DNA of 64,000 bases from Candidatus Gottesmanbacteria bacterium (GTDB taxonomy: Bacteria > Patescibacteriota > Microgenomatia > UBA10105 > UBA927): assembly GCA_030679255.1 (NCBI GenBank), contig JAUXTO010000022.1, positions 128,915 through 192,914 of the forward strand, given 5' to 3'. This document shows positions 35,068-43,727 of this stretch, piece by piece (the first letter of the stretch is position 1; the number at the start of each line of letters is the position of its first letter). Position numbers and translations under genes: made by a program. Below the pieces are notes generated by a model. It saw nothing but the letters and a program-made list of their open reading frames with translations, ran no database searches and had not been told where the DNA came from.

Positions 35068-35853
35068 ATGAAAAACACGGAGTTGTTTCCACTCACCCAA
35101 ACGCTGAGTGTCGCGTTGCTTTTTGCCAAGCGCGATATTTCCTCGCGGTACCTAGGATCCATCCTGGGTCCTCTTTGGGTCATCATCTCGCCCCTAGCCA
35201 CCGCAAGCATTACGACGATGGTATTTTCCGTGGTTTTTCGCCATGCATCAGAAGGAGTTCCTTATTTTTTTGTCGTACTCTCCGGATTACTTTCCTGGGG
35301 ATTTTTTAGCGCGTCTATTTCCCATGCTACCCGTTCGCTGGTCATCAATCGCCATATCATCTTAGCCCACAAATTTCCCCTTGCAGCACCAGTAATCGGA
35401 TCAATTGTTGGACGAATTGCAGATTACGTCATCGTGCTTTTGTTTCTTTTCGCTCTCCTGGTTTTTTTCGGTCATTCAGTCTCCCTCACAACGTTTTTTT
35501 TCCTTCCTCTTGTGCTCATCTTACAGCTTGCTCTTCAAATCGGGTTCGGGCTTATGCTCGCTGCTCTTAACTCCTATTACCGTGATGTTCAAAACGTCGT
35601 CGACGTTGCGCTCCAACTCGTGTTTTATACAACCCCCATCCTGTATCCACCTTCTGCCATACCACAACCCTATCGAATGTTCATACAATTTCACCCTATG
35701 TCCCTTGCCGTTGAAGCCACGCGGGCAATCCTCCTCACCTCCCGCGTTCCCGTCTATGAATTATTAGCGTTCACCGTCTGGTCATCCGTCATTATTACTG
35801 TGGGAATATATGTATTTCATAAGCTCGCCCGCCGTATGCCTGACGTCATATAA
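35068..35853 (+). CDS. wzm: Polysaccharide ABC transporter permease
   Basis: RYLGSILGPLW, YRD, FYTTPILYP. Confidence 0.9.
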   Translation: MKNTELFPLTQTLSVALLFAKRDISSRYLGSILGPLWVIISPLATASITTMVFSVVFRHASEGVPYFFVVLSGLLSWGFFSASISHATRSLVINRHIILAHKFPLAAPVIGSIVGRIADYVIVLLFLFALLVFFGHSVSLTTFFFLPLVLILQLALQIGFGLMLAALNSYYRDVQNVVDVALQLVFYTTPILYPPSAIPQPYRMFIQFHPMSLAVEATRAILLTSRVPVYELLAFTVWSSVIITVGIYVFHKLARRMPDVI

Positions 35854-35859
35854 CAACGT

Positions 35860-36867
35860 ATGGGTAAACCACCCGCTATCACCGTCACGCATATTTCTAA
35901 ATCCTTTGATACCAAAAGAATCCGGAGTCTCAAGGACCGTTTGATACGAAAAAATAACGGGGAAAATTTGGTAAAAGCAATCGATGACATATCTTTTGTC
36001 GTGCCCGAGCGATCCATCATCGGACTCTACGGCCCTAATGGGTCAGGAAAATCGACGCTTCTGCGGCTCCTTGCCGGCATCATGACTCCGGACACCGGGA
36101 CAATTGCGACGCGCGGCTCGACCGCTGCGGTTCTGGATCTAGGCGCGGGGCTCTATGAAGAAGCGACCGGACGCGACAATGTATTTTTCGTCGGATCCCT
36201 CATGGGGATGACCTCAAAAAAAATCCACAAGGCTTTCCCGGATATCACCACATTTGCGGACATCGGTTCCTTTATAGACTCACCGGTCAAAATGTACTCC
36301 ACCGGCATGCGCGCACGACTGGCTTTTGCAATCGCCATCCACGCAAGCCGCGCTGATATACTCCTCTTAGACGAGATATTGGCGGTAGGTGACGCTGACT
36401 TTCAACTAAAATGTTTATCTGCCATGCGCGCGCGGGCAAAAACCAAAACCGTCATCCTTGCTAGCCACAACCTTGCGATACTCCAAAGGCTTTGCTCGCG
36501 CGTCCTTCTGTTGTCCGGCGGCCGTCTCCTCAACGAAAGCCAACAAAAAGTCATCGACCTTCTCAAGTCTCTTCCTGCGGGAGAATCGTTTACCGCCGAG
36601 GCCCTCTCCAACAGCATGCTTCCAATCATTCGCAAAGGCGACGCTCTTGCCGTTCACCGGTCGCCCTGGGAAAAAGTGAGCGTAGGAGATATCATCGCAT
36701 TCGCTTTCCCCAATCTCCCGCAAATCATCGTCCACCGCGTCACGGATGTGATAATCAAAAACAAAGAAAAAATCTGCTCAACCCAAGGAGATAGCGTTCT
36801 ATTTGAAGATTCCTGGCTCGTAAAAAAGTCAGACTATTTGGGAACCGTTAGGCGGTCTCCTCGATAA
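35860..36867 (+). CDS. wzt: Wzt-like ABC ATPase fused to an S24/S26 peptidase-like domain
   Basis: GPNGSGKS, YSTGMRARL, LLDE; C-terminal SNSMLP...GD, GDIIAF, VHRV, TQGD. Confidence 0.88.
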   Translation: MGKPPAITVTHISKSFDTKRIRSLKDRLIRKNNGENLVKAIDDISFVVPERSIIGLYGPNGSGKSTLLRLLAGIMTPDTGTIATRGSTAAVLDLGAGLYEEATGRDNVFFVGSLMGMTSKKIHKAFPDITTFADIGSFIDSPVKMYSTGMRARLAFAIAIHASRADILLLDEILAVGDADFQLKCLSAMRARAKTKTVILASHNLAILQRLCSRVLLLSGGRLLNESQQKVIDLLKSLPAGESFTAEALSNSMLPIIRKGDALAVHRSPWEKVSVGDIIAFAFPNLPQIIVHRVTDVIIKNKEKICSTQGDSVLFEDSWLVKKSDYLGTVRRSPR

Positions 36868-37114
36868 GGCCAAGTTTTTTGTATTCCCTGAGAAATCGGG
36901 CAACATCCTCCTCGACCTCGCTTTTGGGAGCGTCATATTCCTGACACATTTTTTTCACTATTACGTCGGGCGTTGTGGGTTTTTTGAGAAGTGACCAGAT
37001 GAACCCGGCAGTCTCATTGAGTTCACGGATGTGTTTTTTGTTGGGTTCGAGGAGAATCCAAGTGTTTCCGGTCTTTTTCGTTGTAATAGTATTATTTCGG
37101 ACGATCATTACCAT
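36848..37114 (-). CDS. PqqD-family RiPP recognition element (RRE)
   Basis: LNETAGFIWSLL...IV..MCQEYD....VEEDV..FL......GLI. Confidence 0.92.
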   Translation of the reverse strand: MVMIVRNNTITTKKTGNTWILLEPNKKHIRELNETAGFIWSLLKKPTTPDVIVKKMCQEYDAPKSEVEEDVARFLREYKKLGLIEETA

Positions 37115-37191
37115 CAATCTATCAATAAAAGCGCAACTTGCACGATAATACGCGTATCGTGAGGCTTACAATACTGTTTTTTTACTTTCAT
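37114..37191 (-). CDS. 25-aa peptide with a YxKP leader-like motif
   Basis: MKVKKQYCKPHDTRIIVQVALLLID; stop overlaps the RRE start (TGATG). Confidence 0.68.
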   Translation of the reverse strand: MKVKKQYCKPHDTRIIVQVALLLID

Positions 37192-37194
37192 GGT

Positions 37195-37269
37195 TCAAGT
37201 CGGAGCCAGCAACACGGTTATCGCGCGTCGGAAATCTTTCGGCTTTCTGTACATTTTTTTCTTTCTCAT
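37195..37269 (-). CDS. 24-aa peptide with a YxKP leader-like motif
   Basis: MRKKKMYRKPKDFRRAITVLLAPT; AGGAGG 6 nt upstream of ATG. Confidence 0.7.
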   Translation of the reverse strand: MRKKKMYRKPKDFRRAITVLLAPT

Positions 37270-37293
37270 GCATCACCTCCTGATGAACTCATG

Positions 37294-38232
37294 CTATCGC
37301 CCGGACAATAGACCTGTCAAGCGCTGGGAGAAAACCTTGCCTCTGGATCGAATCCATCCCTCTGTTTCATAAATCGTTTTATCCACAACTCCCGCTTGTT
37401 TAAACTCCCACCGCCTGGTGTCGCACCCACCACATCTTCCGCAATGCACAGAGCCGCTCCGATAACAACTAAACGTGCGCTCAAGCGGCAACATTGCTTC
37501 GACTCCGATACGAATAATGTCTGCTTTGCGCGCAAACCATCCGGTTTCTTTTTCGATATAGAGAGATGCGTACTGAAGTGTGGGATCGGCAAGAAAGGTC
37601 ATCATATAGAGGAGGCTTGTACGCAGAAAGGTCAATGTTTGGCTTTTCACCCCCATCCCGTCCATGGCTGTCACCCCACAAAATATCGTCGTAAACGCGT
37701 GAGGGAGCCTGGACCGGAGTGATCCCATATAAAGCGCCGCCTGACCAGCTTCAAGCATAACGGATCCAGCACCGGGTCGCCAATTAAATGTTTTATGCTG
37801 CGGATCATACGAGTCCAATATTGCACGGGGTGTAAGCTCACTGCTTTTTTTCATATCAAAAATTTCTCTTGCTGCCGTCACCTCCGGTACAACAAGCGGC
37901 GCATGATACAAGTCTACAAATTTCTTCCGGTACATCTTGCTAAAAAAACTCAATGAAGAAACTTGAGCGTGATGATTATCATTGGTAACCATAAACGGGT
38001 AGACGTGAAGCCCAAACTCCTTCATCAGAATATACCACGCAACTGTTGAATCTATTCCACCCGACGCCATGAGTACGACGCGGGATCCTGGGCGCGGCAT
38101 GCGGAACACAAATCCACGTTTTTTCGAGACATATCGCTCAATCATGGCAACAAGATCGAGGTCTTCGTATTTTCGTTTACTCAATCGAGCAACAAATTGG
38201 TCTCTACTGATAGTAGGAATTGAGCTGAACAT
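37294..38232 (-). CDS. QueC-like PP-loop ATP pyrophosphatase
   Basis: SGGIDST; TFSCY....VHCGRCGGC..R...F..AG..D zinc motif. Confidence 0.85.
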   Translation of the reverse strand: MFSSIPTISRDQFVARLSKRKYEDLDLVAMIERYVSKKRGFVFRMPRPGSRVVLMASGGIDSTVAWYILMKEFGLHVYPFMVTNDNHHAQVSSLSFFSKMYRKKFVDLYHAPLVVPEVTAAREIFDMKKSSELTPRAILDSYDPQHKTFNWRPGAGSVMLEAGQAALYMGSLRSRLPHAFTTIFCGVTAMDGMGVKSQTLTFLRTSLLYMMTFLADPTLQYASLYIEKETGWFARKADIIRIGVEAMLPLERTFSCYRSGSVHCGRCGGCDTRRWEFKQAGVVDKTIYETEGWIRSRGKVFSQRLTGLLSGR

Positions 38233-38242
38233 ATTGGTAGAT

Positions 38243-38987
38243 CTATTTTTGCAGTACCCCTAAAGCATTCACCCCATCTATAAACTCCAACATATGGTGA
38301 CCTTTTAGCTCCTTCCAAAATTTCCATACCCCAAACTCACTGTCGTTATATGCGCCCTTGGTGTTGATGTCGTGAAGCGCCATCATTCCTCCATCGGTAA
38401 GTCGCGGCCAAAACAAATTAAAGTCCTTTTTCACCCCCGCATAACTATGGTCTCCGTCTACATATATATAGGTATATTTGCGGTTCGGGTATTTCCTCGC
38501 ATAGTCCACCGACGTCATGACGTAGGTCGTGAGATGGTCTCCTATTCCGAGTACAGAAAAATGTTCCTGTGGATTATTTTTTTTCCAAAACCCGGTACCT
38601 CCCCAATTGCCCGGCTCGCCCGCGTCATACCCCGCGTCCACAAAATCGACGTGGCCGTGGCGGTTGTATTTACACGCCAGCGCACATACCGCAGGGATAA
38701 ATCCCTGCCGGGATCCAATACAGAGCACGCGTTCGGGATTGAGTGTGTTGATAAACCCGGCATGCAAAAATCCAAATCCTAAATTTCCGGTTTTCGTGAT
38801 CGCCCCATGGCCCATGGAGCCGTTAAAATATTTTATGAGATAGGATGTGTTCCCAAAGCGGTATAAATCCGATGTCATTTTTTTCCGCAACATTCCCTTT
38901 TCGACGAACGCATGGTAAGCATCGTATAATCCGAATAGATTTGCCAATCGCTCAATCCGTGAAAATCCTATCTTTCGCAGTTTCATA
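38243..38987 (-). CDS. Class I SAM-dependent methyltransferase (Methyltransf_24-like)
   Basis: VLCIGSRQG, YVDGDHSY.GV..D, GGMMALHD, GVWKFW. Confidence 0.88.
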
Positions 38988-40437
38988 TTGGAAATGGTTG
39001 CGGTCAGTTGTTCCTGACGAACTCCTGATCTTTGCCGTGTTTGTCCTCTCCCACCTAATCGTTGCCAATTATAAACCATATTCGATAGTAATTATTATCT
39101 ATATCTTGTTTCTGGTAATGGTAACGAAAAGCATAACTTCATCATTGTGGTACGCGACTCTCGGTACCCTATTTTTTTTTAAAGCAAAATATTTCTCCAT
39201 TCCGTTTATTTCTGAGATGGCCGCGGGTGAGGGGCTTACCACGGAAACGCCGTTCGTATACTACATTTCGTTCTCCATGATACTCCTTATCCTCCTCATT
39301 TTTTCTATTCTCCGCGCACGCAAAGGCGCCTCCGTTGTCATGCCGGTATTTGGAGAGTCCGTCCTGCTTGCTGTCTTTCTTGTCATCGGCTCCGTCTCAT
39401 CGGTGCTATCGGCATTTGGCACCATAAGTTGGTTTTCTCTTTTTATCATGTTTGAATATGTACTACTGTTTTACGTCAGCATTATCATGTGTTCAGATAA
39501 AAAAGTTTTCCGGTTGACGATCCGGATGATTATAGCGTTTGTCGCCCTGAACGCGCTTCTTATCGTCCTCCAAAAATTGCGTGGTGGACCAATCGGCATT
39601 ATCCTCGAAGATATCTCATCTGGGGCATTTGGACGATTTCCCACGGAAACGCCCGGGTTCTATCGACCCGGAGGTATCTATTTTGAACCGAATCTTCCCG
39701 CGTCACTTATCAATCTCATACTCCCGGCAGCGTTATATTTTGTTCTGACGCACATAAAGGGATTGGTGGGCGTTGTGCTAAGAATGTCTTTACTAACGTT
39801 ACTCGCCGCGCTTATCGCTACGGGAAGTCGTGCAAATTGGGCAATTGGCGTTATCGCAATGTCGACAACCGCATGGTATTACCGGCAGAAAAATACATTA
39901 TCAACAATATTCACAAACCCACGGTTCATCGTTATGATAGCTATCGTTCTGCTCATGCTCCTTCCCACAATTTTTTCTAGAATCTCTTCAATCCCAATAT
40001 CGTTTACTGGTGATACCGGGGGGTGGCAGTTTCGCTTGCGGCACATAACTATTGCCAAAGATATCATGAGCACAAATATTTTTGGCGTGGGTTTGGATGT
40101 GTTCCAATATCATATTCTTGATCATTATTCGCCTACCTATTATTTCTCCCACTTCACCGCTCCACACAATGTCTTGGCAGAGGCAGGAAGCGCGACGGGC
40201 TTCATCGGGCTTGGAGTATTTATTTCTTTTTTCGTAGTTGTGTTGTATCGTCTCTTTAAAAATTTCAAAGGAGACAATGCTGCCGCATCTGGCATCAATG
40301 CCGCGTTATTGATAGGATATGCTACGTACCTGCTTTCTGCGCAAGTTTATCCATGGCTCTTTACGCCGCCCTTAAGCGAATTGTCCTGGATTATCCTGGG
40401 ATGTCTCTATGCAAAAACCGCAGCAATCAAAAAATAA
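38959..40437 (+). CDS. O-antigen ligase/polymerase family protein
   Basis: RPGGIYFEPN, TGSRANW, FGVG, APHN; start uncertain. Confidence 0.82.
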   Translation: MKILSFAVSYWKWLRSVVPDELLIFAVFVLSHLIVANYKPYSIVIIIYILFLVMVTKSITSSLWYATLGTLFFFKAKYFSIPFISEMAAGEGLTTETPFVYYISFSMILLILLIFSILRARKGASVVMPVFGESVLLAVFLVIGSVSSVLSAFGTISWFSLFIMFEYVLLFYVSIIMCSDKKVFRLTIRMIIAFVALNALLIVLQKLRGGPIGIILEDISSGAFGRFPTETPGFYRPGGIYFEPNLPASLINLILPAALYFVLTHIKGLVGVVLRMSLLTLLAALIATGSRANWAIGVIAMSTTAWYYRQKNTLSTIFTNPRFIVMIAIVLLMLLPTIFSRISSIPISFTGDTGGWQFRLRHITIAKDIMSTNIFGVGLDVFQYHILDHYSPTYYFSHFTAPHNVLAEAGSATGFIGLGVFISFFVVVLYRLFKNFKGDNAAASGINAALLIGYATYLLSAQVYPWLFTPPLSELSWIILGCLYAKTAAIKK

Positions 40438-41272
40438 CATCCAGATCCTCATCACCAACAAGCTCAAGCGTCTCACGCTTTTTGATTATTTCATGGGTAT
40501 TCTCCTCGTGGGTATTGCTGTGTTTTTCATATTTACATTCAGCAGAACGGAACAAACCGTGCTCGTCGACCTCACGTTTGAACGGGTGGGACAGGGGAAC
40601 AACTTCTTCCCTCCGGAGTATTGGGCCGCGGAAGATATTACCGTTGGAGCCGTAGTGTACAACGCGCTCGGTAATAAAATCGCGTCGGTCAAAAAAGTAT
40701 CCCGTGTCCCGTGGCGCGGGGGATCGCGGCTCTACACATACCTGACGATTGAGCTGAAGGCGCTCTACCATAAGGCAAACCGGACATACTCCTATGAAGG
40801 GTCTGCCTTGGCTGTAGGCCAAAAACTCACGTTCCTCATCCGCAACACTAACTACACCGGTATTGTAAAAAATATATATGTAAATGATCTGCCAACGCCT
40901 CCGGACGCCATCAAAAGCGCGCAGGTTTCCTTATACTGCAGAGAGTACGAACCGTGGCATGCCGACGCTATAAAAAATCTCACAGTCAAAGATCAAAATG
41001 GAAAAATAAAGGCAAAAATTCTGTCGGCACAAATCTCCCCGGCTCAAATCGCCGTAGAAACATCAGATGGCAGAATTGTCGAGGCGCGCCATCCGTATAA
41101 AAAAGATCTCGATCTCACCGTTGCGCTCTATGATCTGAGATGCACGGATAATACTATGTGTTTATATAATGAAACTCAATCGTTTTTTATCGGCTCAGAG
41201 CTCTGGTTGGATTCTGGCACAACGTGGGTGGGGGCGCGCTGTTCAGTGAAAGACTTTACGCTTCTCAAGTAA
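40409..41272 (+). CDS. Membrane-anchored hypothetical protein (DUF4330-like, two similar domains)
   Basis: LFDY plus TM; HPYKKDLDLTV. Confidence 0.6.
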   Translation: MQKPQQSKNNIQILITNKLKRLTLFDYFMGILLVGIAVFFIFTFSRTEQTVLVDLTFERVGQGNNFFPPEYWAAEDITVGAVVYNALGNKIASVKKVSRVPWRGGSRLYTYLTIELKALYHKANRTYSYEGSALAVGQKLTFLIRNTNYTGIVKNIYVNDLPTPPDAIKSAQVSLYCREYEPWHADAIKNLTVKDQNGKIKAKILSAQISPAQIAVETSDGRIVEARHPYKKDLDLTVALYDLRCTDNTMCLYNETQSFFIGSELWLDSGTTWVGARCSVKDFTLLK

Positions 41273-42046
41273 TAATTTTCCAATCGTCCGTATTTTTTCG
41301 GATAACGGTGCCGACCGGAGCATCTCGGGGTACCGCTGAGCCACCAACCGGAACGCGCCACTGAGGCGCGCCCTGTGAGCAATAAACGCAAGCGTTCGGG
41401 GTCGTTCTTCGTGGTGCACGGTCCACGAACGATGCAGCGCAATGCTTTTGTCGCCAAGCCGGATCCGTAATCTACATCCCAAATCAATGTCGCTTCCATA
41501 ACGCAACGATTCGTCAAACGTCAACCCGTCCGAGGCTTGAGGCAACAAGCGGAGGGCACAGCATTTCGTATCCAGAATGTTACTGTAATCACCGGTAATG
41601 TTATATAAAAACCACAGACGATACAGCGCCAACGAAATTCTGGTAAATAAACCCGTATCCGGATCAACGCCCGTCATCCCCTGGACCGCATTGATTGTCA
41701 TTGCTTTTTTACTTCGGAAAAATTCTGTGATCGTGACTATCCACGCCTCTGACGGCAAACAGTCATCATCAATAAATATCATCCACTTAGCCCGGCTCCT
41801 TGCCGCACGAAGAAGTGTGTTTCGTGCTTTTGAAATGTTTGCTTCCTGTTGCCTGAACACTATAATACGTAAACGTGTAAATATGGAAAAGTCTCTTTGT
41901 AGTAATTCATTACTCCCATTTTCGTTTATGTAAACATCTATTATGGCATCGCATTGACTCTGAAGCACGCTCAATAACCGAAGAAGTTTGTTGCGCCTGC
42001 CGGAAGTGACTATGCCGATGATAAATAATTTCTTTTTAATTTTCAT
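41243..42046 (-). CDS. Glycosyltransferase family 2
   Basis: ENGS, ISKARN, IFIDDDC, GSDIDLGCRL. Confidence 0.88.
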   Translation of the reverse strand: MKIKKKLFIIGIVTSGRRNKLLRLLSVLQSQCDAIIDVYINENGSNELLQRDFSIFTRLRIIVFRQQEANISKARNTLLRAARSRAKWMIFIDDDCLPSEAWIVTITEFFRSKKAMTINAVQGMTGVDPDTGLFTRISLALYRLWFLYNITGDYSNILDTKCCALRLLPQASDGLTFDESLRYGSDIDLGCRLRIRLGDKSIALHRSWTVHHEERPRTLAFIAHRARLSGAFRLVAQRYPEMLRSAPLSEKIRTIGKLLLEKRKVFH

Positions 42047-42637
42047 ATGAACCAACATCTCGCCATCATATTCTGGGACCTTGGCATTGGCGGCGTCCAA
42101 ACGCGCATCAGTGCGGTCGTAGAAAAGATTCTTACCACCCATCCCAAAGCATTTATAACAATCATGCTTTATGAACGGAAAACGAACGAGGTTGTGATTT
42201 CGAACAATCCGCGTGTTTCCATTGTGTCGTTTCCTGGTTCCTATACTATCAAATCCCGGTTCTTCACAAAAAAAATCTGGCGGTTTACAACCCTCCAGTT
42301 TGCTCTATGGATGTATTATCAACTCTTCACTGTCCGTCCAACCCACGTGCTGGTGTTTCTCAACCGTCTTTCGTTTTCAGTCGCGTGGTATATTCTCTTG
42401 CTAAAAATTCTCCGGTCTGCCCCACACTTCGTTATCAACGAACCGGTTGTGCTGTCTGACTATCTCCAGCGCAGGGATCCTCATTGGCAACCATTCATGA
42501 TTACTTTTTCACACGCCGTTGCCGATACAGTAATCGTTGCGACTCGATCAGTGAAGGGAGATCTCATTAAGAATTTTCAGACAAATCCGAAAAAAATAAT
42601 CGTCATCCCCAGTTGGACAAAACACCATGAAAACTGA
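42047..42637 (+). CDS. GT4 N-terminal domain-only protein
   Basis: IGGV, LVFLNR and ADTVIV parallel the N-domain of the next gene; no C-domain. Confidence 0.75.
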   Translation: MNQHLAIIFWDLGIGGVQTRISAVVEKILTTHPKAFITIMLYERKTNEVVISNNPRVSIVSFPGSYTIKSRFFTKKIWRFTTLQFALWMYYQLFTVRPTHVLVFLNRLSFSVAWYILLLKILRSAPHFVINEPVVLSDYLQRRDPHWQPFMITFSHAVADTVIVATRSVKGDLIKNFQTNPKKIIVIPSWTKHHEN

Positions 42638-43727
42638 TGTGTCTGTGGCCATCCTCTATTGGAGCACAAAAATCGGTGGAGTCGCAACGATTATTCCATC
42701 GATTGCGGCTCGTCTCCGACAACGCCATGCAACGAGTGTTTCCGTCTTTCTCAAGCGGCGGGACGGAATAATCACACGTGCTGCAGAGAGAGCGCGTTTT
42801 CATTACTTTTCAAAAAACACGTATTCCGGGGCCAAAATTGCATTCATGTCTTGGCTTTTGCATAACCTGTTCATCGCGAAACCGGATTATATCCTCGTCT
42901 TTCTCAACCGATTCACGCTTGTAGCCGTTCTCTATAAATTGTCAGCGGCCCTACTTGGACGTAAAACGGTTATCGTCATAGACCAGGCTGCGGTTCTCGA
43001 TTCCTATCTTTATCAGTATGAATCGTGGTACTGGAAGCCCATGATGCGCGCGTGCTTCACATTCGTTGACCGCATCATCGTCAATAGCCGTGCGATTGAA
43101 AAGGATCTCAATCATAATTTCTCGGTTTCTTCTGCTAAAATACGACTCGTCAGGAGTTGGGTTGTCCCAGCAAAACGTGCGCGCACTATGAAAAAAAGAT
43201 ATGATTGCATTTTCGTCGGCCGTCTGTCTCCCGAAAAGGGGATTGAGACCCTTCTGGATACGGCTGTTTATTGTCAAACTAAAATACCCGGTTTTTCGCT
43301 TGCAATCATCGGTGACGGAGCGTTGAAAGGGTGGATGATAGAAGATATCCGAAAAAGGGGATTGGCCCCAAATATTTCATATTTAGGTTATCAAATAAAT
43401 CCCCGGAAATTTATGCGGCAGGCAAGTCTCCTTCTTCTTCCTTCTTATAATGAGGGGTTGCCCATGGTTATTCTTGAGGCATATTCCGTCGGGATTCCTG
43501 TTGCAGTAACACCGTTTTTGGGGGCCGGCGAGGCGGTGGAAAATGGTAAAACAGGAATTATTACCGGTCGCGACGAGTATCCGGCAGCAGTCTGCCGCCT
43601 GCTTGGCGACACAAAAAAACTAGCAGACATGGGAAGGGCTGCACATATAAAAGCAAAAAATGATTTCGGGATGCAGAATCTGGATCGTTTTGTCGAAACG
43701 ATCTTTGCTACCCGGCGTGCATCTTAA
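42627..43727 (+). CDS. Glycosyltransferase family 4
   Basis: FVGRLSPEKG, PSYNEGLPMVILEA. Confidence 0.93.
   Translation: MKTDVSVAILYWSTKIGGVATIIPSIAARLRQRHATSVSVFLKRRDGIITRAAERARFHYFSKNTYSGAKIAFMSWLLHNLFIAKPDYILVFLNRFTLVAVLYKLSAALLGRKTVIVIDQAAVLDSYLYQYESWYWKPMMRACFTFVDRIIVNSRAIEKDLNHNFSVSSAKIRLVRSWVVPAKRARTMKKRYDCIFVGRLSPEKGIETLLDTAVYCQTKIPGFSLAIIGDGALKGWMIEDIRKRGLAPNISYLGYQINPRKFMRQASLLLLPSYNEGLPMVILEAYSVGIPVAVTPFLGAGEAVENGKTGIITGRDEYPAAVCRLLGDTKKLADMGRAAHIKAKNDFGMQNLDRFVETIFATRRAS

Noticed and set aside
37294-38232. Queuosine or dpd DNA-modification pathway
   Set aside because: No folE, queD, queE, tgt or dpdA seen in the window
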